DNA of 62,979 nt, the filler included, from Lenisia limosa (taxonomy: Eukaryota > Protista > Breviatea): the NCBI GenBank assembly GCA_001655205.1. It is 8 parts of 8 records of this genome, joined end to end, with 100 filler letters (N's around TTAATTAATTAA, not from the genome) between each part and the next. Parts side by side here need not be neighbours in the genome. Positions count along the whole stretch, not along the records: positions 33,264 to 45,425 come from LPNZ01010017.1; positions 45,526 to 55,596 come from LPNZ01009912.1; 6 more parts are not named here. One strand, written 5' to 3'. Position 1 is the first letter of the stretch. Each line of letters starts with the position of its first letter. Both the position numbers and the translations under genes were made by a program. The notes under the pieces were generated by a model that saw nothing but the letters and a program-made list of their open reading frames with translations, searched no databases and was not told the origin of the DNA. Below, in pieces: positions 37,501 to 48,864 of the stretch.

Positions 37501-39536
37501 NNNNNNNNNNNNNNNNNATTTCACCTAAATGGTCAGAATACAGTTCCAAACAGAAGTAACTATCATCAAATATATCGATATCATTGATAGTTTTGATTGA
37601 ACAATGAAAATGAGTTGAAACGCAGTGAAAAACTCCCACCAGACCACATCCCCACTTCCAAGTGCTTCCTGGGCCTCTTGAATCGGTGTAATTACTTTCT
37701 CCAGGGATTTGAGTGTCTCAACCATCTCGAATTCCATAAGCTCGATAAAGGGAACGTAATGTGGAACCTAATAAATCAATAAATAAGGAACAATCAATCA
37801 TACAAACCTGGTAGCACTGTAGTTCTTGAAAGTATGGAACGTGAGATAATTATTGGCAGCAGTTTCCTTCAGGTATGTAATGATGGGGCTCGAGTGGTTA
37901 TAGTGTGTGATAAACTTGATGGCCGTTTCTATAGCTAACATGGTCTAAAAGATGAATATCTTAGTAAAATACACAACCTTTGCCTTTTCAACTACATTCT
38001 TCAAGGCGATATTCAAATGATGCGAAACACACCAAATTTGAATTGCTGCAAGTCCTGCATTCAAAGATTTTGCTGAATTGGCACCATCTGCAGTGGCACC
38101 AGCGATCATATTCATATCAAGGCCACTCGTTTCAATTGTTTTCTGACCTCCACTATTGGGATCAGTTTTTCCGCCTTGTGAGAAGTGATAGGTTCCATTG
38201 CAAGAGTAGTTGTTCTGAAGCCTGGAAAATCACCCCATTCAATGAATGAAGCCTTGATTCCCAGATAAGACGCGCCATTCTCATCCGTCCAAATGTCATG
38301 GATGATCGCATAGTGGTTGTCTGATGGAATTGAGGCGCGAACCTGCTTCTGTTAAGGCGAGTTCAAGGTATTATTGATAATGCTTGATTGTAATCAAGAA
38401 ATATTGAGAGTCGCGCATATCTTGGCTGACACTGACAAGAATTACAATTCATGAGACAATAAGCACCAATCATACCTTTGCAACTGCAAATTCATGGCNN
38501 NNNNNNNNNNNNNNNNNNNNNNNNNNNNNNNNNNNNNNNNNNNNNNNNNNNNNNNNNNNNNNNNNNNNNNNNNNNNNNNNNTACCATCAGCAGAAAGATG
38601 TAAGTCTATAATATAGTAAGAATCACACTCAGGATCATTTTCCTCAACAATCATTAACAAACATACCTATGGTCACTCACAATTTCCAGCATTGCACGGA
38701 ACTCAGGGTTTTCCGCAGTGGAAAAGGTGCCATTTGTAATAATGTATCGGTGTACTGTAATTGCCGCTTGCCGATTTTGATAGTCTACGGTAATGTAATC
38801 AAAGAGGACACAATTTCTCTACCTGTGAATTTTTGAAGGATGTGGGACTGTTTGAGCTTTTTAGGCTCCGGGGATTCGTCATCGACAATGGTTGGTACAT
38901 CCGGGCAAGTTTCACACGCAAGACGGTCTGAAGAGCGTACCTTCAAATGGTCTCTGTTTGTCCTTGTTGGTGCCTCTTGAGCCGTTTGATGAAACTTGGC
39001 TTTCATATGTTGATGGATGCTAAAAGGTGTAATTAGTCTTTCCAAAAATAATAACTATTCATCATCAAGGAATAGCGTTCTTCAATATTATTTTGGTCAT
39101 TGTCACTCACAGCAAACCTCTGCATGTTGTGAAACTTTAGCCATCTTCCGCAGCTTGTGTGATACATCTCTAATGAAGACTGCTTCCGTTGCTTAAACAT
39201 ATCCAGCTCCTTTTCCAAACAATAGAATGTGGACATATTTCCTCCAGTCAGCTCGTACTCAATACTTGTCAGTTTGACCATCTCCTTTCTTCTCTTTATC
39301 TCAATGATAGGCGGCATTGTTACTAACTAATAACACCGGGGGAAAATCTCAAAAGAAAAAACAATAAAGGGGTAATATATGCGTGTCCCGCTANNNNNNN
39401 NNNTTTTCCTATTAATATTTTATTAATATGAGTATTAATATATATTAATATTTTATTAATATGAGTGTTAGTTCTTTAAGGAATATAATATTAATAATAT
39501 TAATATTTTTTTTAATATTAATTGCCCGGAGCTCTA
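34536..39536 (-). mobile_element. hAT DNA transposon with both terminal inverted repeats
   Basis: Perfect 23-bp TIR TAGAGCTCCGGGCAATTAATATT at 34536-34558 and 39514-39536, with AT-rich subterminal regions and an hAT transposase inside. The right flank is ATAAATAC; the only two visible left-flank bases (AC) are compatible with an 8-bp TSD. Confidence 0.9.
34900..39317 (-). pseudogene. Intron-containing hAT transposase; a 1.5-kb segment is present twice and is partly frameshifted
   Basis: Possible BED-like N-terminus (about 39317-38950), HDIWTD..YLGIKASFI (38320-38240), ATADGAN and WCVTHHLNIAL (36670-36570), SATR|FSG, PIQEAQEAL, LDPRS, and ILCIP|ASSISVERLFSSG (35110-35000). Together these give the D-D-E triad, CxxH and the dimerisation motif. 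Confidence 0.88.
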
Positions 39537-42500
39537 ATAAATACTGTAAACAATAATGTCATATCAGATATAGGTTGGTGTATAAAACCGTGAACATGAT
39601 TAAAACCACGAACAAGCCAAAAATCGTGAAAAATCACTTCCATTACAACCTTTTTAGTGGGAAAATCGACAATTAATCACATTAAAACAAAGCTTGACCA
39701 AAAAGAAGACAAAAATTGATCTTTTTATCAGAATCGAACCGGGCTGGGGACACCCAGTTTCATTTATGTCACAATATTTTTTTAGAAACCTACTCTTCCA
39801 GAAAAATAGCATTTTGGGCATATTAAAGTAGGCGGAGTCTGCTATTTTCCTCCTTGAGCTGATCAAGTCAAGGCACTGTTCAACAAGGTATTCTTTGGAG
39901 TTCCTATGCCGATTAACGGGTATACATTGGCAACGGTAAACGAGTTGGAGTGGTGAAATGAATCACATTTCTCAACTTGAATTAGGTTTCTTCTCTCATC
40001 GAACCTTCTGCTGCTCTCTAATCTGATTGACCACAGTGATCTATGTGCTTCTTGACAATAACGCCCTGTGTCTGAATACTTATGACTCTTTGAGATTTAC
40101 TTGAGGTTTATTTGCTAACTCCCACAACCGAGGTTCATCTTTTGAAAAGAAGGGTTAAAGAATATATTGTGTCCAAAATTGAAAGAAAACCCCTTGTTTT
40201 TGTTCGCAGTTTGTCATATTCACGATTTTAACCATACATATACACTGAAACCCAACCAGGAAGCCTCAGGGAAGATCTCCCCTTATGACTGCTCGAAGGC
40301 AGGAAATGCAAGTTTGTGAATTGCCTGGAGTATCGTCGATCAGAATCATCAGTTCTACAAGATAAAGTTCAAAAATAACTAACCCGTCTACTGCCTGTGT
40401 TGCCGAGTTTGGTCTACTCCGCGGGCTATTAGATACAGAAATTGACCTGGTTACCAATTCAACAAACTTGTCCCAGGTATTTGATGAGTGGTCATCATTA
40501 AAAACTGGTTCATCAGTACTACCAGTATTTTGAACAACAACCAGATAATAATGAATACTAAACTTGACGTTGCTCAATGAATCGATCTTTTAAGTTACTG
40601 TGGTCATCAACACCCAGCACAATCTCGGCCATTAAATATCCCCAACCACGAACATCATCTGAATGATAAGTGAATGGAAATATCAATTGATTTTTTGATA
40701 ATTTATTTTCACTAATTTTGCTCAAATTTTAAAATTTCCTCTCTTGATGTGCATATCATAGATCTTTCTAAAAGGTGAACCCAGGTTTTGTTGCCAGTTA
40801 AAAAGGATTCTACATAATATAACTAATGTAAAGTGATGCTGTATTTATAATTATTTCCCCCCCCCCCTTTTTTTCTCTGCTTTCCAGGGGGCTACAGATA
40901 TGGGAATTATGGATATATTTTTTTGTGATCTTTGATCTAGGATATCCTGATATTCCAGATAGTGATATGGATATCAATATCTATCTGAAAACTTCTTTGT
41001 CTTTCAATGATAGTGTATTCCAGAGATGGGGAGTTTGGAGTACAGAGTACAATACAATCAATAACTCCTATTTCATACCTTTGCTGAGTGGGTTATTTCA
41101 TAACTGTAAGTAAACAAGAGGAATAAATTAGTGATAAAATAATGAACAAGATGAAAGAAATAGGAAGATGAAGTCGGGGAAAGAGAAAAATAAGGTAAAA
41201 CTCACATAAAAATTGCCATCAGTGAAAAATAGCAAAAAGAGGACAAAAAGAGCTGTAAATGAGACGGAGAGAAGAGCAGAAAGTGGAGAAAAAAACAAAA
41301 AAGGAAATCCTGATTTGAGATATGTGTAATCTGGCTGTGACCTGTGATTTGTTTGTGATCTTCATTATCCCCTTGCTGCTTTCTAAAGTTAAGCGATGGT
41401 TTTCCTCATTGGATCTTCTTACTGCCTTGAACTGAAGAACTGGCGTTTTTTGTAGCAAGATCATGCAAAACAAGAAGGTTTTTTAGTGCATTTATCGTGC
41501 TGATAAACGATAATAGGTTCTTTACTTGTCAAAACGAAGGATTTCTTCTTTTGCTGCTGAATGCTGGAAACTTGCAGTCGAAAACTGCTTCTTAGACACT
41601 AAGCTTTCTTATCAAAGAAATATCAGTTTTCAAGAAGTTTTGGGGTGATCAGTTTCTTTCAGATCAATGTCCTTTCGACCTTTTAGAGTGATGATCCATT
41701 CTTTTCTTTTTGGTTGGTTGAAATCCCCTGCTCTCAGCCATAACATTCAGAGTGTTTCTCACGGTCCCAAAATCATATATTACCCTTCAAAACTGTATCA
41801 TAGTTCTTCGATATTCACATTTTATTGATTTATGAAGGGAAACAAAGAAAAAAAAAAACTTTTCAAAAAAATGACGCAAATTTTTTTCGATTTATGTTTT
41901 TTCTCAACTCCTTTTTACGACTGACGGTGACCTTTGTACTTATTTACGTTGTACACTTCTGCTTCAGTCAAGCAAAATCACCTGACCTAGAAGTTCTCAA
42001 AAACCGTTGGCTGTTCTCCTACCATGGGAAGAAATGTCTACTCGGGGTCGCAAACCTGCAGAAAACTTCTTCCCTGTTACCCTCGATGAGCTTCCTGATG
42101 CGTGGAATGGCTTTGATCATGAGTCAAAAGAAGCATTTTTGAACACAAGAGAGAAAAGTGCCTGCTTGAAAAGAGCCAGAAAATGTCCTTCCTCCACCAA
42201 GTTGATGTCTTTCTTGTTTTTGCCGCCTTTTTACTCGTTTAATGAAGAAATTTTTGATTCAAAAAAGAGTGTAATTATATTATGTAATTAATATAAGAAA
42301 TTCCATCATGTCCTCTTATTAGCTTACTACTATTATGGTGAAAGGAAGAAGATCAACGATTTTACACGGTGAAAGAAACTCATACACCGGTTCTGATAGT
42401 AATAAAGACTTAACCCAATGCTGTGTACGTTCGGATAATTCTAGACAAGAAGAGGATACATAACTCATTCATGTCGTGAGCTTGATGGTGTGGAGGCTGA

Positions 42501-44619
42501 TACCAAGGCTGTTGAGGAGTAAGAGGTTTTATTGTCGAGAAGCCATCATCGAAAGACACATCACAGCTTGTCGGTTGCTTTATGACGACTCATTCCACAA
42601 CTGGTAATTAGTTTAATGTCTTACAACTTTTCAGATCCTCGTGCTTAATGTTCAAGAATTTAAGCTATCGGAAAGAAAATGAAAAAACTGCCACATCAGA
42701 CAAATTTTCTTCTGAAACGAAGGCTCAACTCAACTAAATTTCAACAATCATCAAAAGAAAGCAACATCATCGAGCCTTGAAGGCAGCTCGTGTTTTATTG
42801 CAAAATTGGAGGTGATTCAACTGGCTCCTGGTTCAAGCATTCTTTGAAAATGATTGAAGACCCAGGGAGTGACCAAACACTCTTTCCTCCGTCAAATCAG
42901 GTTATTTATGATGACAGAGAGAGAGTCTTTGTACAAATGTGGTGGAATAACAATGCCTGCTATGTATTCAATCCCAACTTATATTACCAATTGGAGGAGA
43001 GTTGCGCAATTGGTCCAAGTTGAATTGCACTAACTGCATGCATGGCTTGCTTCTTTTGCGGCATCACCTTCTTGAAGGTTTGAAGCAAGACCAGTGACAT
43101 TTGTGATCATCTCTGCAACGCGCTGTGGTGAATGAGAGTTGAGAGCGGCGACTGAAGATTCAGCAGCCAATACACAGGCATTGTGTGAGAGCCCTGAAGA
43201 TGTGGCAGTTGCATACGCTCGCTTTGCAACAGCAGGCTCATCCCCAAGTTCAGAGATGATGGAGCATTTGGCAAGCTGCGTTCTTGCATCAGCCTGCTCA
43301 CGCTCTGAAGCCTCAACTTGGACATTGGGGAAAGATTCACTGTTCCCGGGGAAGCTGAAATATTCATCTCAGGGAACAGGGACTCCTTGTATTCAGGTTC
43401 ACAGGAGTCAGTATAGTTAGGGAAACGATACACTGTTCTTGAGAAATGCTATGATTTGAATTAAAAAGTCATCCATTCATACTCGGTCCCTTGGGTTCTG
43501 ATGTGCTTCTTCAGACTGAATCGCTTCATGTGTGCATGAGCATATGAATCGTTTGACTATACATCAATAAATATTAAAACATAGTTACCTGAAGGTGTTG
43601 AGTAGTGAGAGATGGTTCAATACCACAAGGGTGCCTGTCAAATGAAAGAATAATAAACACATCTAGAAGCTATGAGTTTATTGATTATAGTTACACACCT
43701 CTGGTGACAAATGAACACCAAGACCATCAATCATGTTGATCAGTGGATGAGAGGGCCGACCAACTTTTTCCACAAGGCTCATGACATTGCCGTCAAGGTT
43801 CTTAGAGATGAGGGTTGCAGCCATCAGAGATGACCAAATCATTGTTACAAACTGAGTACGATGAGAAAAAGACCAGAGGAAAGAAGGTTAACACTAAGAA
43901 AGGAGCGACACTTGGTCCTGACAAAATCAGGCGCATTGGCAGTTCGCAAGAGACAAACCATTCGCAAGGAAAAACCAGATAGTCCAAAGGTCAGAGGTCG
44001 CGGGAAAACTGCAGGCAAGAATCTGATAACTTTGCTCTAACTGTTCCAGGAACTACTCAGAATATTGGAAATGTTGCCACAATAGGACGAGGCCGGGGAT
44101 GTGGAGTTGGTATTCCTAGACGTGGAGCTTGTAGTAAGCGACTTTATATATGTGCTCACCTCCTAGAAAAACAACTTCGTGGTCTTGGAAGAGGACGCAA
44201 AGGAGCAATCTAAATAGTCCGTTTCAGAATACAACTCTGTGTGTAGTCTTTCTTGTCTAATATAATTTTCCAACAATCACCAAGTTGGTTTAAACATGCA
44301 TACATCTTGCAACTTGCGCATTTGTTACAAAACTAGATTTACAATTCATTTTGGGACTCCAAACACTGTTTTTACAACTTTCGAAAAAACACATTTAAAA
44401 AACACATATTTATGAACGNNNNNNNNNNNNNNNNNNNNNNNNNNNNNNNNNNNNNNNNNNNNNNNNNNNNNNNNNNNNNNNNNNNNNNNNNNNNNNNNNN
44501 NNNNNNNNNNNNNNNNNNNNNNNNNNNNNNNNNNNNNNNNNNNNNNNNNNNNNNNNNNNNNNNNNNNNNNNNNNNNNNNNNNNNNNNNNNNNNNNNNNNN
44601 NNNNNNNNNNNNNNNNNNN

Positions 44620-45425
44620 CCATCTTATTGTTCTAGCACTTGAAGCACTGAACGAACCCATTCCTGAGGAGCTCAAATCCCACAAAAAAGATGCAATTAA
44701 ATACTGTGGAGAAGAGTTTAAAGCCCTTCAGGCCAGAACAAAAACGGTTTGTGATTGAAATAAGCAAATCATATCTTATGAGTTTTGTATGATAGGGAAA
44801 ACAATTCATTTCATAAACTTTAATGCACTAGTCACCTTGTTGAATCATTTCATTTTTGTTTCTCATCTTTCTTCATACTCAAGGCCGTACATTCATCAAC
44901 TGCATCCGAGAAGGATATTCTCACATTGATGGAGTCTTGGGTTCGTCTTATCGAAATTGCCGTTCCGGATATTGAGATTGAGAATCAACGGATCCTCTTC
45001 TATGATGAAAATGCATGGATGAAGGGGGTCTTTCATGATATGAAGGACGACCCCATGGCATCAGCAGTGACTATCACGTCAATGTCCGGAGAAGTTGTGT
45101 CATCCAGTATTGTTGTTGGATCACCTGCTTTTGCTACTGCTGGTTCAAAGCGCAAAAAGAAAGCTGCTCCTTCCTCAAAAGACCATCTCCCCAAGCTCAC
45201 TGCGGCTGATACTCCTGAGACAAAGAAGATCCTGGAATGGTTGAAGATGAACAATCCGCTTGAATCCCCCGTCTTCCCACCCAAGCCTGAATCCGTTGAT
45301 GCCGCTGCTGACTGGAACATGGAAGCGATTGGAGTGAACAGCAGTGCATACTTCTCCACTGAAGTCTTTTTGAGATGTTTGGAAGCTGTTTGCAGAAATA
45401 AGCGATCTTCGTGCTCTGATGCTCT
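44620..45425 (+). CDS. Hypothetical protein fragment (two long exons, KRKKK basic motif)
   Basis: Open exons 44620-44747 and 44884-45425 (...MESWVRLIEIAVPD...AGSKRKKKAAP...YFSTEVFLRCL) are joined by a GT-AG intron and truncated by a gap and a spacer. Confidence 0.5.
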
Positions 45426-45525
45426 NNNNNNNNNNNNNNNNNNNNNNNNNNNNNNNNNNNNNNNNNNNNTTAATTAATTAANNNNNNNNNNNNNNNNNNN
45501 NNNNNNNNNNNNNNNNNNNNNNNNN
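45426..45525. other. Artificial scaffold spacer 6
   Basis: N44-TTAATTAATTAA(45470-45481)-N44. Confidence 0.97.
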
Positions 45526-46143
45526 GGGGGGGGGGGGTGATGAGGGTGATGGAGATAATTGTGGGAAGGGGTGAACACTACGGCGCATCGACTTTGGATT
45601 CTCGTGAAACATTTGGGAATTCCCGTATTTTATATCGGAATCCCATGAAATTTTATTGAAATTTGAAGAAGTTTACGGGATTCCCAAATAATACAAGTCG
45701 AGTAGTTTGGTTGACAGGAGGAATAAAAGGGGGAAAGCCTGGGGGGGGAGGGGTGCAGTTTATGCGTCCTTAATCCTTATTAACGGAAAAACTGAAAAAT
45801 AGAATTTACAAGGTATGCTTTTCTTTGGCTCAAAAAAATTGGATTTCGCGATAAATCCCCTGTTGCTATTTACTGGTCTTTTGTGGAAGAAGTGAATTTG
45901 GCTCATCTAAAAAGGGGTGACGGTTAAGTGGTTAAAGTGGTATTTTTATGAACAAAATAAAAGGTTGATTTTTGCAACTACAGACCTTTTTAAAGAGCCA
46001 CCACATTTTTAGACAAGCCGGTGAATTTCCTAGTTAACTCTGACCTTTTCAGATCCGACCACACAAACAAAGCTCTTTTCGCCTCAAGTGCTAATGTGGG
46101 TAACTGGAATTGTTGTGCGTTTTGTTGTTTACTCCCTAATTTG

Positions 46144-46275
46144 CAGGGCTCCGGGTAATTAATTAATTAATTGGCGAATTTGAAGAGACATATTGTTATG
46201 GAACTCTATTTCAGACACTTTTATTTCTAATTTTGTCAATTAATGTCTTCAAATAATTAATTGCACGGAGCCCTA
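46144..46275. mobile_element. hAT-type MITE family D
   Basis: TIR CAGGGCTCCGGGTAATTAATT / TAGGGCTCCGTGCAATTAATT; flanks CTAATTTG and CTAATTAG (7/8 TSD). Partial copies at about 55780-55900 and about 56597-56716. Confidence 0.82.
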
Positions 46276-48864
46276 CTAATTAGCCTTCCTCACCCCCCCT
46301 CGTGTCACTCCCCTCCTGCTTACTGTTTGTTTTTACTCATCGCAACCCATATTTGTTGCTAGTAACAGAGTTGATTTTGGGCTTTTGTTTCATAAATTTT
46401 CCATTTTTACTCCGCCCCCCCCTTATCACTGCCCAGTTGTCTACCCCCTCAGCACTGCCCCTCAATGAGCGTTTTCAGTCCATCCCAGGCATTCGATCTT
46501 GACCCGCATTTTGAGTCATCATTCGCATTTTGAGTCTTGATGACTTTGGGAATCCTGATACACGTGTCTGCTTTACGCGTAAAACCCTTGCTGTTTTGTA
46601 AGTCTTGAGCCTTGGCCTCTGTTGAGAATTTCTGTTTTCTTTTGTCTTCTTAATAATGTACCTGGTTTTGAGGGTTTGAGGCTCTGTTGTTGTTTGCTGT
46701 GTTAAGTGGTTGTTATATATTGACGTAGATTGATTTTATGATTTTGCTTCCATTCGCCTCTCAAAATATGTGACACCAAAATTTGTTTGGGGAGGGGGGG
46801 GGGTAATAATTGGAGAATTTTTTCAAGAAACAATCACCAAGTCCGTCGGCAATACTCACTGTAGCCCCCCAGTCGCCGTCATGAAATCGTGGTAGTAGAA
46901 TATGTTATATCTGGAGACTTCAACCTGTCAAGGCTATCGGAGACCTCTAACCTGTGCAGCTATTATTTGCTATACAGAATACTCCAAAGGAAGGCTAAAG
47001 TAGAGTTTCATCAAGTTTTCGGTAAATTAAGCCCGTGATAACATTTATTTTGTAATTTCAAGAAATAAAACTCCTGATGCGGCAAAATGATGATCTCTTT
47101 ATTTGGTGAAACTCAATGACTTTTTACCTTCTACCACTTGCCTCCAATCTTATATTTGTCTCCCATAAAATATGAGTTATAGTCACCAGTACCTGCATAA
47201 TTTTGTGAATGACAGGGTCAAAAAGTGAGTTGCAGGTCTCATCGTCTGTTTAAACCCAAGTTGACCCGACCTACTTCCTTATTTTGCCAATCGAGAAGCG
47301 GGAGATGGTGGATGAAGCCCGCGGAAAGCCTCAACAGAGTGAATTCCCCAGATATAACAAATTCCACTACCCCATGATGAATTACTCCATTCAGTAAAAA
47401 AAAGTCAACACAATAAACTTGATCAGCTTTGATCATGAAATAATAAAACTGAAGGTTTTGGAGATCGCGTGGACCCATAGGACATGACTATGTTGTGCAC
47501 GCAATTGTCAACTGATTTTCACAACAAAACAGAATGTGGTCGTTGAAGATATCTTTTAAATTTGGATATGTTGTATTGAGCAAGAGTTTCTGTGTCAATT
47601 AATGTTTTTGTCGATTTAGTCAAACGGTAGAATAGTCTATGTTACAGCACAATAAGCAGCATAATTATCCAGGGAATCCCAATTGGATGCGCCATAATAT
47701 TTTGCCATTGTTTCACTTTCATAGATATATACTTCCCTTTTGTTTGCTCAATGGAGCAATTTGTCAAGGGCTTTGAAATGAGTGAAAATAATATGGAGAT
47801 TGGTGTAATATCACTTTTTTGTGAATTGATATGATGTATGAGCTTAATACAAAAGTTCTTGGACAGAACACTCTCGTGACTGGAAGAGCCAAAGTAACTA
47901 GTAGTGTTGTTTGTTTTCTTCTTCTTTTTGGGTATAGTAGGGTTAGCATTTAGCTGTTGATGTCTTTGTATGGTATAGGATTTCTTTATGCAGATGTTGT
48001 TAGTTGTGTTCAGGGATGCAATTCATTGTTTCTACATTCTCTAAATCATCTATACAGATTAGTTAGTTGACTCATATCCAGAATGATCAGATGACCGACT
48101 TTCAAGTCAATATAACACAAGGGTTCATCCCGAGTGTATCGGAGTATCATTGAGACTTGTCAATACGTGTGAATATGCGAATCATTAAACGATAGTGAAC
48201 ATTGAAAATGTCCCAGAAAGTGAGAATATTCTTAGGCATCATCTCTGAAATACCTGATTACGCGAATTTCATACAAAAATTACATGTTCATTTCAAAAAA
48301 CCCGCAAAAACATAAAAAGTATCAAAAACACCTCGAATCTGAAGAAAAGAGTAACATCAAAAGGAGTCAAATGGTGACCGGTTGTTGCGGAGCGATTTTA
48401 TTGTTTTTCTTCGGCTTTATCTGCAACGGTGATATGACAAGGTAGATGTAAAGTAGTAAGGGAAACAAAGGGATAAGATGAAGTTGATGGGTTAGTTAAG
48501 AAGGTTAACATGAAGATGAATTTTAGTAAAAAAAAAAAGAGGTGATGAAATGTGCTCAGGGAAATTGTGTATTATTTGTTTCTTCCTTGAATTAATTGAT
48601 ACCTTACATCTTGTTCAAAAATAAAATAAAATAGGGAAATGTAGCTAAAATATAAGGGAAAAGGAATGCTGCTCAGGGAAATATATCTAGAGGTTAAATA
48701 GATGAGTAGGGGGGTTATACAATGGTAACACACCAACAAAGGGCTTTCCTACGGTCCCAAAAATAGACTGAATTTATCGATAAATCCTCTATCGAGATTT
48801 TCACAGTCTTTTTCGGATCACAGGGAAGCCCTAGTAACACCCATCCATTCTTGTACTGCAACAA

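Noticed and set aside
47480-48260. AT-rich viral-like or TE ORF
   Set aside because: Short stop-interrupted frames with no recognisable domain.
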